Shown here one piece after another: positions 23,082 through 36,494 of a stretch of 64,000 bases of DNA. Both the position numbers and the translations under genes were made by a program. Numbering within the stretch: position 1 is the first letter of the stretch; every line of letters begins with the position of its first letter. The notes below the pieces were generated by a model, which saw only the letters and a list, made by a program, of their open reading frames with translations, had not been told where the DNA came from and searched no databases. Source of the stretch: Octopus sinensis (taxonomy: Eukaryota); contig NC_043003.1 of assembly GCF_006345805.1 (NCBI RefSeq), positions 57,970,001 through 58,034,000 on the forward strand, in the 5' to 3' direction.

Positions 23082-25011
23082 CTATAACAGAAAGGATTGT
23101 TATTATTATTATTATCATTATTTATTTTATTGTTGTTGTTGTTGTTAAGGCGGCAAGCTGGCAGAATTGTTAGCATGCCAGGAAAAATGCTTAGCAGCAT
23201 TTTATTCGTTTTTACATTCTGAGTTCAAACTCCAACGGGGTCGACTTTGCTACCAGTTGGATATTGGGGTCAATATAATCAGCCTATGCCTTCCCACAAA
23301 ACTGCTGGCTTGTGCCAAAATTTGAGACCGTCACATTATCACCATCATCATTATCATCATCGCTATCATCATCATTATCGCCATTATCATCGCCATCATC
23401 ATCATCATCATCGCCATCATTATCATCATCTTCATAATCTTCATTGCCATCATCATCATCATCATCATCATCAGTAGTAGTAATTAATTATTGAGGTGGT
23501 GAGTTGGCAGAAAAGTTAGTGTGTCATACAAATGTTTTATAGTATCCCTTCTTTACAATTTGGGTTCAACTTAGCATTTCACATTTCCGGTGGGTAGTGG
23601 GGTCGATAAAATAAAAAGCACCAACCACATATGGGTTTTCGATGCAACCATAATTTCCCCCAACCACCATAAAAAAAAAGGTGGGGAGAACACAAAAAAA
23701 AACTTGGAAGCCTTATATATTTATGTTAGAAACAATTATTGTTTATAATTAACTGTAAAGATCTTGGTTGCTGTTGCTTCATATTTGTTCTCCTCCGATG
23801 TTTGTGTGTGTCCTTATGTAGCAATGTGTGTGTGTGTCTGTATGTATGTGTCTTTGTTAATTCTGATAATGGCTCTTACAACACTAGTCATGTTTCTTTT
23901 GAATTTCAAAATCATTAGAGTGTTTATGAGTGATTATATATGTATGTGTATATATGTGTGTGTGTGTGTGTGTGCATAAGTGTGTATATGTATATATGTG
24001 TGTGTGTGTCTATGGGTGCTTGTGTATGTATGTGTATGTGCATAAGTGTGTATATGTGTTTGTGTGTGTGTGTGTCTGGGTGCTTGTATATGTGTGTGTA
24101 TTAGTGTGTGTGTGTGTCGGCGTGTATGTGCATAAGTGTGTATATGTATGTGTGTGTGTGTCTATGGGTGCTTGTTTATGTGTGTATGTACGTATATATG
24201 TGTGTGTGTGTATGTGCATAAGTGTGTATATGTATATATATGTGTGTGTGTGTATTTACATCAATGTGTATGCGTGTTAAACAATGATGATGATGATGAT
24301 ATGGATGTGTGTCTTTGTGTGTATGTATGTGTGTGTATATATATATTATAAATATATACACATATATATGCATACATATGCATATGTATAGATATAAACC
24401 TCTGTGTGTGTGTGTGTGTATGTATATATATATGTACAAGTGTATGTATGTGTATATAGATATACATGCATGTAGGCATGTATGTATATAAATATATGTA
24501 CATGTGTCTATCTGTATGTGCATGCGGGTGCATCTGTGTGTGCATGCACGTGTTCGCACGCACAAGTTTCGGTTTTGTTCTTTCTCCAAGAAAGAAAAAT
24601 TAATTTCCAGTATGTTTAAATTAGAAGTAATTGTTGTGTACACAGAATCAGTTCTCAACAATAATTCTTCTTCTTGTCATTCTTATCTGTATTGTTTTAT
24701 AATAGCTCAGCTCTCAGCTTTATTTTTTTTTTCTCTCTCTCTCTTTATGGTGCCATATTGGTATTGTTAAGTCTTTAAACAACAACACTAATTTTTCTTC
24801 TCTTAACAATACTTGTTGACTGATTTCTCTTGTTTCTCTTGACATTGTTATTGTTGCTATTCTAGTTGGTGTCGTTATAAGAACATTGTACTTATTACCA
24901 TTGTTGTTGTTGGTGGTGGTGCTGCTGTTGTTGTGTATTTGTGAACAATATTTGGTATATAACTAAGTTGTGAACAACACTAAATTCAGTTGTAACTGTT
25001 GTTTATCATAG

Positions 25012-25075
<64 letters not shown>

Positions 25076-25226
25076 TATTATTATTATTAATATTGTTATT
25101 ATTATTATTATTATCATAATCATCATCATTATTATTATCTTTTAATTGTTGTTGTTCTTCTTGTATAGATAAATCAGTTCTTGGCTTCCGTTGTTCTTGT
25201 TGTGTTTGTAATATCATCAATGCTGT

Positions 25227-25257
<31 letters not shown>

Positions 25258-25711
25258 GTCATTGTGGTGTTTGTGTCCACTTTTTTACTCTGCTGGTTAT
25301 AACTTATGAAGACAGCATTCTCAAAGAGAGCCAACACAAGAATTCTTAGCAGAATCATCACAGAAGGAAGATTTAAGATTAGTAGGTCACATACTTTGGC
25401 TCCCAGTTGTTCTAGAACGGCCTTTCAAATGGATACCAGAAGGAAAAGTGGAGGTATATGGCTTAGTGGTTAGGGTGTTTAGTGATTAGTAAAGGTGGTG
25501 AGATGGCAGAAACGTTAGCACGCCAGGCAAAATGCTTAGCAGTATTTCATCTGTACTTACGTTCTGCTCAGCAATGGCCTCTAGCCGCAACTTCAAACAC
25601 AACATCAATAACGAACATCAACAACAACACATACCATTCTTTTCTACTCTAGGCACAAGGTCTGAAATTTTGGGGGTGAGGGGTGAGGGTCAGTCGATTA
25701 GATCGTCCCCA

Positions 25712-26165
25712 GGCACAGGAGTGGCTGTGTGGTAAGTAGCTTACTTACCAACCACATGGTTCTGGGTTCAGTCCCTCTGCATGGCACTTTGGGCAAGTGT
25801 CTTCTTCTATATATATATATTTCTTTATTGTCCACAAGGGGCTAAACATAGAGGGGACAAACAGGGACAGACAAAGGGATTAAGTCGTTTACATCGACCC
25901 CAGTGCGAAACTGGTACTTTATTTATCGACCCCGAAAGGATGAAAGGCAAAGTCGACCTCGGCGGAATTTGAACTTAGAATGTAGCGACAGACGAAATAC
26001 CGCTAAGCACTTCGCCCAGTGGGCTAACGATTCTGCCAATAGCCTCAGGCACAGAATTTCACTGGTACTTAACTTATCGTCCCCGAAAGGATGAATGGTA
26101 AAGTCAATCTCGACAGAATTTGAACTCGGAACGTAAAGAGAGACAAAATACTGCTGAGCATTTCA
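25712..26165. mobile_element. SINE-A head (+, 25712-25808) fused through (TA)n to SINE-B (-, 25819-26045), followed by another SINE-B fragment (-)
   Basis: Same arrangement as 15562-15972. Confidence 0.85.
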
Positions 26166-27925
26166 CACCTCCACCATTACAATGACGACCACCACAACTT
26201 CCCAATGAACTGAAGTGGGGTCGCCAGGTAAAGAATACAGGTATGATGTAATTTTCTCATGTTCTTAACTAAATGCAGTGGCTGGCGCTGCTATTATTAC
26301 TGACATACTAAAAGTACTTTTGGCAATAATGTCTCCCTGCTATCCATGTCCACTGAGACGGTCATAATAGCAACACAGTGGTGTAAGAGGACTTGGGAGA
26401 GTGGGGTGGGGTAATGGGATTCTGGTGGGTGGACGAAGCAAGATAAATGGTTCAGGTTTCTTTATTAGTATTTTCGTGACTATTTAAGTACATAACTCCT
26501 GGCTTCCATTCTGGCTCTGAAAATTTATGGTCGTCTGTCTTCTGCTCTTATTGCTTTGCATTTGGTGCATATACTTGTGTGTGTATGTGTGTGTGAGTGT
26601 GTGTGTGTTCATATACAACCACACATATGTATATATAATACACACAAACATGTGTGTATGTCTATATATATATATAGACACACACACATACACACACTTA
26701 TGTATATCATGTATATGTGTGTGTTATAAAATACTTTCTCACTCTCTCACTCATTCTTTCTCTCTATCTCTCTCTTTCTCTCTCTCTGTATATATATATA
26801 CACATACATACACACACACACGCACACACACACACACACATAAATATGCATGCACGTAAACCAGTTCATCACTATCGCAATTTACATATTGAGTTCCTTC
26901 CAAATCTAGATTTATGTCTTCGAATGCAGTGCTTATGTATTTGTGTGTGTGTGAGTGTGTGTGTGTGTACGAACTGAGGGTAAATATTTGACTTAAAATG
27001 TTCCGTGCCCTCCGTATGTAGCCCTCCGACTAGAGTACAGCTAGAGGGCAACCCATATGTAAACGCATGCATGTAAATAATACATATATAATGTGTGCGT
27101 GCATGCATGCGTGTGTGTGTATGTATACATACATATCAGGGTATACTGTATTCGGAGGGGACAAGTTCACCAGGTACATAGGCATAAACACCCAAACCTC
27201 ACACAAATTAGCATTGCTCTGATCTATGATGTAGACACTTGGCCATTTATTCTCTCTCTCTCTCCCTCCTCCCCCACTTTACATCATCTTTGTTCACCTC
27301 TTCCTTCTCCTCTTATCTACCTCCCTTCTGTCCTACACCTGTTATATACACATGCATACACACATGTATATATATGTCTGTATGCTTATATGTACAACAT
27401 GTGTGTATGCAATTATAACATTCTTTTTCTCTTTTGCTGCTGCTTTCTCTTACACAGTCTAATTGATTGTGGCCCATGCTGGATCTCCACTGTAAAAGGT
27501 TTGACCAATCATATGAATCCCAGTATTAATTTTCTTAATCTTGTGCCACTCGTTACTTTACAAGAACAGAAACAAACCAGTGCAGGTTGTCAACTAGTCA
27601 CACACACACACACACACATACACACACACACACACATGCACACTTATATGTAAGTGTGTATGTATGTATATATGCATATAAATGTGTTTGTGTGTGTGTG
27701 TATATATATATATACATATATGTTATATATTGAGAAAAAAGTCGTCAGAATTTTGGAAAAGAAATATTCTTATTTCTTCATTATTATTAGCGCTTTCGTT
27801 TGTTTCTCAAACTTGTCAGACAAAATTTTGTGAATGTACAAACAGCTTGTTCTTTATATAAAACAGATGTTTTGGCAGTGGCGGGGGATGGGGTAGAAGA
27901 TGAGAACATTATTTTTGTTTTTTTT

Positions 27926-27963
<38 letters not shown>

Positions 27964-28140
27964 GGAAAGTTTACGAAAATAAACAAAAGATGAAGGCAGG
28001 TGGTGTACAAACAAACACATGTATTAGTATAGTGCTCAGGAATAGAAAAAGTCTTTTACATTTCGAGCCTATGCTCTTCTACAGAAAAAACAAGGAGAGA
28101 AAAAAAATGTGTATTGTAGCTAACGATCTATCATGGTGTC

Positions 28141-28186
<46 letters not shown>

Positions 28187-28792
28187 TATATATATATGTG
28201 TGTATATATATATATATTATATATATATATATATATATAATTATATTAAGGGAGCATACTGACTACCTGATATAATCATTAACGTGATTTTGACTTCAAT
28301 TCTATTAGTAATAATAATAATAATAATAATATATATATATATATATCCTAAATAAGAAGACAAAGAAATAGTGTATCGCATCTTTAATGACCAATTACAA
28401 TTGTTTTTCGTACCAATTCTGTTTTTTAACACCATTGCATGCAAAAGCCCCCAGAACTCTCAAACCAGGCCCCATGTCGCAGAGGCAGTTTAATGTCATG
28501 TGGTACTTAATTCAATGGCAGCAGATGACAGCTTCCTTTAGTGTAATGGTTATCATGATCAAATATGTAGATTAGTCAGATACATAGTTTCATTCTGTTC
28601 ACTCTTTTTGTCCCATGCTTGTGAATGTAATTGAATGTTAACCAGCTATATTGTGTGTGTGTGTGTGTGTGATCAGTTTTATTTTGAGATTTCTTGCCAA
28701 TAGAGAAAGACCCAGTTTCTAACCTAGATCCAAGGCTCCTTCGTTAGAATTTCAACATCAACAACAGGGTATTTTTGTCTGTCTGTATATAT

Positions 28793-29320
28793 ATGTGCAG
28801 ATTTGTATGTTTTGCTTTATGTATGTATTCTCATGCATAGAGTTACATATCTAGACATGCTCATACATATTTAAATGATAAACTTTTGGAAAGTTTTACA
28901 GATTTTTACAGTTCCGGTAATTGATTGGATCTGTAGTCTTCAAATTAGCATTCTTCTTTCTGATTTTGAGAAGCTTAATTTCTCAAGATTGGTATTTAGG
29001 CAGTGTGTTACATAAAGAGTGCCCCAATAATTACAGGTATGAACTTATAATCTGGATAAAGTAACATGCAGATTTCTCAATAGTTCAGTATAGGTATTTT
29101 CTTTTTTGTGCATATATATATATATATGTATATGTGCAGATCTGTATGCTTTATGTATGTATTTTCATGCATATAGTTGTATATCTAGACATGTTCATAT
29201 ATATTTAAATGCTAAACTTTTGGAAAGTTTTACAAATTTTACAGTTCCAGTGATGGATTGGATCTGTAATCTTTGAATTAGCTTTCTCCTTTCTGATTTT
29301 GAGAAACCTTATTTCTCAAA
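28793..29320. repeat. Direct duplication of a roughly 190-bp unit (339-bp period)
   Basis: atgtgcagat...tatctagacatg.tcata...aaacttttggaaagttttaca...ggatctgta...gattttgagaa...atttctcaa at about 28793-28985 and 29132-29318. Confidence 0.85.
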
Positions 29321-30475
29321 CGTATGTGTATCTTCCACTTATTTCTGTCATTGAACTGTGGCTATGCTGGAGCACCACTCTGAATGGATTTAGTCAAATA
29401 AATCACCACTAAGTTATGGGGACATAAACAAACCAACATTGGATGTCAAGCAGTGGTGGCAGAACAAACACAACAGGCTTCCACACAGTTTCTGCCTACC
29501 AAATTCACTCATAAGTCAATCTCTGGAGCTATAGTAGAAAACACCTGTCCAAGGTACAGTCTACAGCGGGGACTGCACCCAAGACCTCATGACCTGCCAA
29601 ATGGTCTTCTTAACCACACAGCCATACCTGCACCTACTCATCCACAAACACAGCCCCTACCACACCATACCCCACACCTTACTCCCACCTGTGCTGTACA
29701 TTGAGATGGAACCCAGAACCATGCAGTTTCACAACTAGGCTTCTTAACCACACAGCTGTGCTTGTGTGTCTCCCCCCTCCCCATTCTTAGAAACATGTTC
29801 TTCCTAACCAGGACAGATTCCCATTTCTAATTTGTCTCTCTGACACTCTTGCCGCTGACTGGCACAGTAGACACTCCATTCCTACCCGATCTTTGGATTA
29901 CATGAGAGAAAGTGTTTGCCACCCGCCACCCCACCCCACCATTACACTCATCACAGCCTCATTTAGAGTTAACTTGGACTGAAAGGGTGGTGGGTGGCTG
30001 AATGACTGATAGGTAAGGTACCTGGAGTGGTAGGGTGGGGGTGGTTGGTGGGGGAGGTAGGTGATGAGGGACAGGTGGTCTGACTAGTTTCCTTATTATC
30101 TTGAGTGATGTTTGCTGAAATTTTGTTTACTCTTTGGAAAAAACCAGGTGTTTATAGAGTGTGTGTGTGTGTGCTTGTGTGCGTGCGTGTGTCTTGTGTC
30201 CCTCTGTCAGTACCCTTCTCTTTCTTCCTCTGTCCCTTCCTCTCATTCTTATTTGCATGTGTGTGTGAGTGGATATATGTATATCTATATATGTTTATAT
30301 ATGTATATATGTCTATATATGTATATATATGTATGTATGTGTGTATATGTATATATATATGCATGTGTGTATATATATATGTATGTATATGTATATATGT
30401 GTGTGTGTGTATATATATATATGTATGTGCATATATATATATATATATACACACACATACACACATATATACATA

Positions 30476-30527
<52 letters not shown>

Positions 30528-30775
30528 TAGATGTCTGTATGTCTGACCGTGTTTATATATGTTTGCACACATATACACATATTTAAGACGTCACACACAA
30601 GCACCATGTTCCTACATGTGTGTGTGTGTGTGTGCAAGCAATGAATATTACACATTCCATTCTGATTGTTTGGGTGTGTGTGTATATATATATACATTCA
30701 CACACACATGCATGTACATATATAATTCTATGTATGTGTGATTGTCGGCTCTATACAGACTGTCTCGCTTAAATG

Positions 30776-30792
30776 CTTACCTGACAGGTAAG
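30776..30792. other. 17-bp palindrome giving CAG|GTAAG donor consensus on both strands
   Basis: CTTACCTGaCAGGTAAG. Confidence 0.5.
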
Positions 30793-31514
30793 ACAACATC
30801 CAAATGACTTAACATCTCTCTCTTTCTCTCCTCCCCCCCTCTCTCTCTCTCTCTCTGTATGTGCGCATAGATGTACATATCAGTGTGTACATGTGTGTGC
30901 ACAGATGTACATGTCAGTATGTACGTGTGCACGCATGTGTGTGTATATATTTATACTTGTATGTATGTGTATATGTTTTTGTGTGTGCATGTATATGGAT
31001 GTTGAATTCAAAGTATCTGTCAGCAGTTTTGCATCTAATCCTTTTTACAACTTGTAAATAGGGGTCCTTTGAATTCTGGCCAAGTGAAACTTATTAAGGG
31101 CAAGGGGTCTGAAGTGACAGCAGCTAAGGGCCAGGTGATGATTTAGGGTTAATATTGACACTGTCAAGGCTCCTTGTTCTCACTTCTTACCTCTTATCGG
31201 CTTTGTTTGTTTTTTGGGGTTTTTTTTAATCTCCCTTTTTGTTTTGTACTCTGCCACTGTCCATCTCCACTCCCCATCAGCCCTCCACTGCTCTGTCTGA
31301 CTTCAGAATGCCTACTCTTGCATACGCATGCATTCATAAACTCACACAAACACACATAGACACATTCACACATACACATTGACACGCACGCTTACACAAA
31401 GTTGAAATTACTGTTATGTGTTGGAATAAGGCAATTGTAATACATATATATATATATATTCCCAGGGTTCATGGGAAAATGGGGTGGGGACTCTACATTG
31501 TTGCTTAATTCGCT

Positions 31515-31606
31515 AGAGATAGATAGATAGATAGAGACCGACAGACAGAAGGGTAGATAGACAAACAGACAGACACACAGTCAGATTGATAGATAGATAG
31601 ATAGAC

Positions 31607-31653
<47 letters not shown>

Positions 31654-31658
31654 TAGAT

Positions 31659-31713
<55 letters not shown>

Positions 31714-32090
31714 TATAGAGACAGACAGATGGGTAGATCAATAGACAGACAAATACAGACATATGGGTAGATAGGCAGACAGGCACAAAGTCAGATTGAT
31801 AGATAGATAGATAGATAGATAGATAGAAAGATACAGACAGACAGACAGATGGTTAGATAGATAGACAGACTGACAAACACAGATATATGGGTAGATAGGC
31901 AGACGGACACACAGCCAGATAGATTGATAGATAGACAGGCAAACAGATTTATAGATAGACAGACAGATAGAGACACAGACAGACAGACAGGTAGACAGGT
32001 AGATAGACAGACATCATCATGTAGATCAATATACAAACAGACAGGCAGATAGATAGATAGATATACAGCTAGATATAAATATATGAAATC
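31515..32090. repeat. (GATA)/(GACA)/(TA) compound satellite with a repeated higher-order spacer
   Basis: gggtagatagg.cagac...gtcagattgatag occurs about 3 times. Confidence 0.9.
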
Positions 32091-32963
32091 TGTTTTTTCC
32101 ACTGCAGCTTTTTTGCTTTAAAATTCTTAATAAAATCTCCGGAAATGTATTGAGAAAATACCGAAATAGGAATTGAAACCTGTCAACATGTTTAACTGTT
32201 TATACTTATTGAAGTGTGTATCTATGTGAATAAATAAATATTTGTACACCTAGATACACATAGGCATTCTATCTGAATTTAATACAGTCGTAATGTTTAA
32301 TGAAAACATGAAAAGACCATTTCTGTCTGTTGGCAGAAATGCTTTATTAACGAAGGTTTATTATACTGTGCACGCAAGCACATAGACAAACAAACATTCA
32401 CTTGTGTGTGTGCATATACACATGAATCTTCTGTGTGTGCATAATATACACATGAGTCTGTTATAAACTAATTCTAATGTAAAGTAAGACTATATATTTA
32501 TATGCTCTGATGTAGGATGTGTGTTTGTTAAGTATGTGTGTGTGTGTGTGTGTGTGTGTTTGCATATATTCAGACACTGGAAAAAATAGTAGGTATAGCA
32601 AGAAGTCGAAAGACTGGGTGGGTGAGATTGAGGAGAGAGTGGTTTTTTTTATCTTTGACTTATTTCAGCCATTGGGTTATGACCATGCGGGGGATGGGGG
32701 TGGGGACCACCTTGCATAGTTTTAGTCAGGCAATTCAACCCAGCTGCTTATTTTTAAGTCAGGCACTTACCCTATCGATCACTTTTGTCAACACTGCTAA
32801 GGTATTTGAACATAAACAAACCAACATTGAATGTCCAAGCTGTGGGGGGGGGGGCATGCACAAAGACACACAATTGTGTGTGTGTGTGTGTGTGTATACA
32901 TAAACACACATACTTACATACAAAAGCTGGAATTTTACCTTACCTACCTACCTACCTATCTGA

Positions 32964-33160
32964 TTGGCCCTTGTGCGGGTGACATGTAAAAGCACCCATA
33001 CACTCTCGGAGTGGTTGGCATTAGGAAGGGCATCCAGCTGTAGAAACTCTGCCAGATCAGATTGGAGCCTGGTGCAGCCATCTGGCTTGCCAGTCCTCAG
33101 TCAAACCGTCCAACCCATGCCAGCATGGAAAGCAGACGTTAAACGATGATGATGATGATG
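32964..33160 (+). mobile_element. Family D, well preserved
   Basis: gtgacatgtaaaagcaccc...ggagtggttggcattaggaagggcatccagctgtag...ttaaac(gat)n. Confidence 0.88.
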
Positions 33161-34050
33161 ATATATACACACACTCACACACACACTCAACAAGGTTCCT
33201 CACAGCCCAAGGTTGTAGCAGAAGATACTTGCCCAAGGTGCCATGCATTGAGATTGAACTCAAGACCATTTGGTTGCAAAGTGATGACCTTAAACACTCA
33301 GCCATGCATGTGTCTGCAAGCCATGCTTGCCAGATGGTATGAAATGTTGCTAAAGGTAGATAGTCTTTGGTCTTGTACTGTAACAACACACTGGACGGTC
33401 AGTACATTGTAACCTGGGGTACATTATTAACTGAAAAAAGTTCATCCAAATCAACGCCACCTTCTCTTCTGAAATTTGGGGTGCCATGTAGCTCCTCTAC
33501 AACAGGAAACCTGCTATGTTCTGGCCCCTTCTCTCATACCTTAACTCTTCATTTCTCAGCACAAAGCTACCTCTCTTGAGATTCATAATCTTGCTAGCCA
33601 TAGTGTGGCCTCGCCGGTTGTGCTGGTAGCATGAAGAAAAGCAACCCACCATATGCTGTAAAGTGGCTGGCTTTAAGGAAGGGCATCCAGGTGAAGTAGA
33701 CAGTGGGAGCATAATAATGCAGCCTTGGACCTGTCAGGTCTTGCCAAACTGTCTGACCCATGTCAACGTGGAACATGGACATTAAATGATGGCAGTGGTG
33801 GTGGTGATGATGATGGTGTTGGTGATGATGATGATGATGATGACGATGATGATGATGCTGGTGGTGATGGTCATGGTGATTGTGGTGGTCATGATGATGA
33901 TGATCATGGTGGTGATAATGATGTGGATGATTGTATATGTGGGTGTATGCATATATATATATGTATGTGTTGGCATTTATGTTTGTATATGTACAGGTAT
34001 GTGATTGAATCTACTCATACACACACATACACACACACACACTCTCTCCA

Positions 34051-34085
<35 letters not shown>

Positions 34086-35199
34086 CACACACACACATAT
34101 ACAAACATATATATATGTAAAGAAATTAGAACATTAACATTTCAAACTTTGTTATCTTTTAATGGAGTGTGGAGGGATGGGCATTGTGGATTTTTGATTT
34201 TTATTATACCTTTAGTTAATTTTATGTGACTTTTGCTTTCAGAAAAGAGAAGAAGAGTGGGCGGGAGAGATGCAGGGAGGGATGGAGGTGGCTGTGTTAG
34301 GATATTGTGGACCATCTCTTGAAAGTCATTTTTGTTTGTTTTTCTGTCTTCTTTAGTTTCTCGCACTCATTTCCTTTCCTTTTTTCACTATTTCTCTGTG
34401 GAAAAGGTAACTTGTGGTTATTGTCTCATTGACGTCGTCGTATTTTTTTCCCCTTGTTGTTGTTCATTTAACTGTTATAGCTGTTGTGTTTTTCTTTTCA
34501 TGGTAGCCTTTGGAGATGTTATCGCTGTTGTTGCTGTTGTAATTCTTTATGTGTTTTCCTTGCTGCTGTTCATTATGTTTCTGTTCATTTGTTGAGAAGA
34601 GTTTTTTTTTTCCATTGTTTCTTTTTATTTTTTTTATTTTTTCATTTTTTCATGTATTGTTATTTATGAGTAAATTTGTGTCATAGTATAATGAATGGCT
34701 GCCTCAGGAAGAGATCCCATTGCACTGGGTTTTGAAACCACCTAATTTGTATTTATGTTGTGTGCTTCCCATAAAACTTCTTGCTTTTTGTGTGAGCACA
34801 ACTCAGGGTTTGTTTGTTTTTTTTTTGTTTTTATCTTGTATTTTATGTTTTTATTTTCAAGATTTTTGGGGGTATTTTTGTGTTTGTTTTGGCCTCAGGG
34901 GAGTTTCCTTCCCTAAACCTGTACCACAGCATTGGCAGAGACAGTCAAGAGTTCCTTCACACATACTACTGTCAACTCTGCTCTCTTATGGTTTTACATT
35001 AGGGACCTCTATGGTGGTGGGAGTGGTGATGGTGATATGATGATATATGATACAAGATGGCTGACTATATGGCTGGCTGGCTGGCTGGCTGGTTGACTGG
35101 CTGGCTGAATGGATAGATGGATGGATGGATGGATGGATGTCAGTTGACAATTGCAATAAGTGAATGCATATCAGAGGAATCAACAGCCACCTCCCCTTT

Positions 35200-35389
35200 C
35201 TCCCCCCTCTCAATCTACCTATTTATCTGTCTGTTGGTCTGTCTGTCTACCTATCTATCTGTCTGTCTACCTACCCATCTATCTATTCAGCTATCTATCT
35301 ATTTATTTATCTATCTATTTATTTATCTATCTATCTATTTGTCTATCTATCTATCTATTTCTATCTCTCTTTCTGTCCATCTACCTACA

Positions 35390-35480
<91 letters not shown>

Positions 35481-35523
35481 CTATCCATCTATCTATCTAT
35501 CTGTTTATCTATCTATCTATCTA

Positions 35524-35565
<42 letters not shown>

Positions 35566-35693
35566 CGTCCGTCCGTCCGTCCGTCCGTCCATCCATCCAT
35601 CCATCCATCCATCCATCCATCCATCATCCATCCATCCATCCATCCATCCATCCATCCATCCATCCATCCATCCATCCATCCATCCATCCATCC

Positions 35694-35745
<52 letters not shown>

Positions 35746-35790
35746 CTCTTTCTATCCGTCTACCTACATATCTATCTGTTCATCTATCTC
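35200..35790. repeat. Compound tetranucleotide array (TCTA)-(TCTG)-(TCCG)-(TCCA)-(TCTA)
   Basis: Direct reading; explains the 217-277 aa ORFs. Confidence 0.95.
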
Positions 35791-36029
35791 TCTCTATCTT
35801 CCTGTTTTCTTTTTTAATTCCCTTTCTGTTACATCTACCAACTGCTACTATTATACTAATTTCATTTCTCGTGCAACAGCTAATAAATAGTGAAGGAAAT
35901 ATTTGTTGCATTATTTTAAGATGTGGAAAAGTATTCATTCAAAAACCTCCAAAAAGAGAGGCATTTATTTGTATACATGGCTTCTTGAACTAAATAAGCT
36001 CAGACACACATTTTTACTTTCCAGCACTA

Positions 36030-36095
<66 letters not shown>

Positions 36096-36494
36096 TCTTT
36101 CTCCCTCTCTCTCTCTCTCCATCCTTCCTTATTCACTTATTCCCTGCAGTTACCATCATTATTTAAGTTCCACTTTTCCATGCGAGGCATGGGTCGGGAG
36201 CAGTTTGTTGAGGCAGATTTTTCTATGGCTGGATGCTTTTCCTGTTGCCAACCTTTTATCTATTTCTAAGCAAAAAAAAATATATTTCATTGAGGAAATA
36301 TCTCATGTTTCCATGAAAGATTGGAAAAGAATGATACCACTTGTATGTCACTGATGTTCATTTTACATCTATTACACAATGTCTATGCAAGGAGACACAT
36401 AACACTTGCACACACCAATGCATGCACATATAAATATAAAATAGATACTGGTACTCTGTCATTTATGACCACAGATGTACCATTTGATCTGGTC

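Larger units (their letters stand above)
21608..23320 (+). mobile_element. Head-to-tail cluster of five SINE-B copies (21608, 21845, about 22045, 22209, 23147) separated by (ATT)/(GTT)n tails
   Basis: Repeated gctg(g/a)...ttagcatgc...gagttcaaattc...gacttt units, all in + orientation. Confidence 0.85.
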
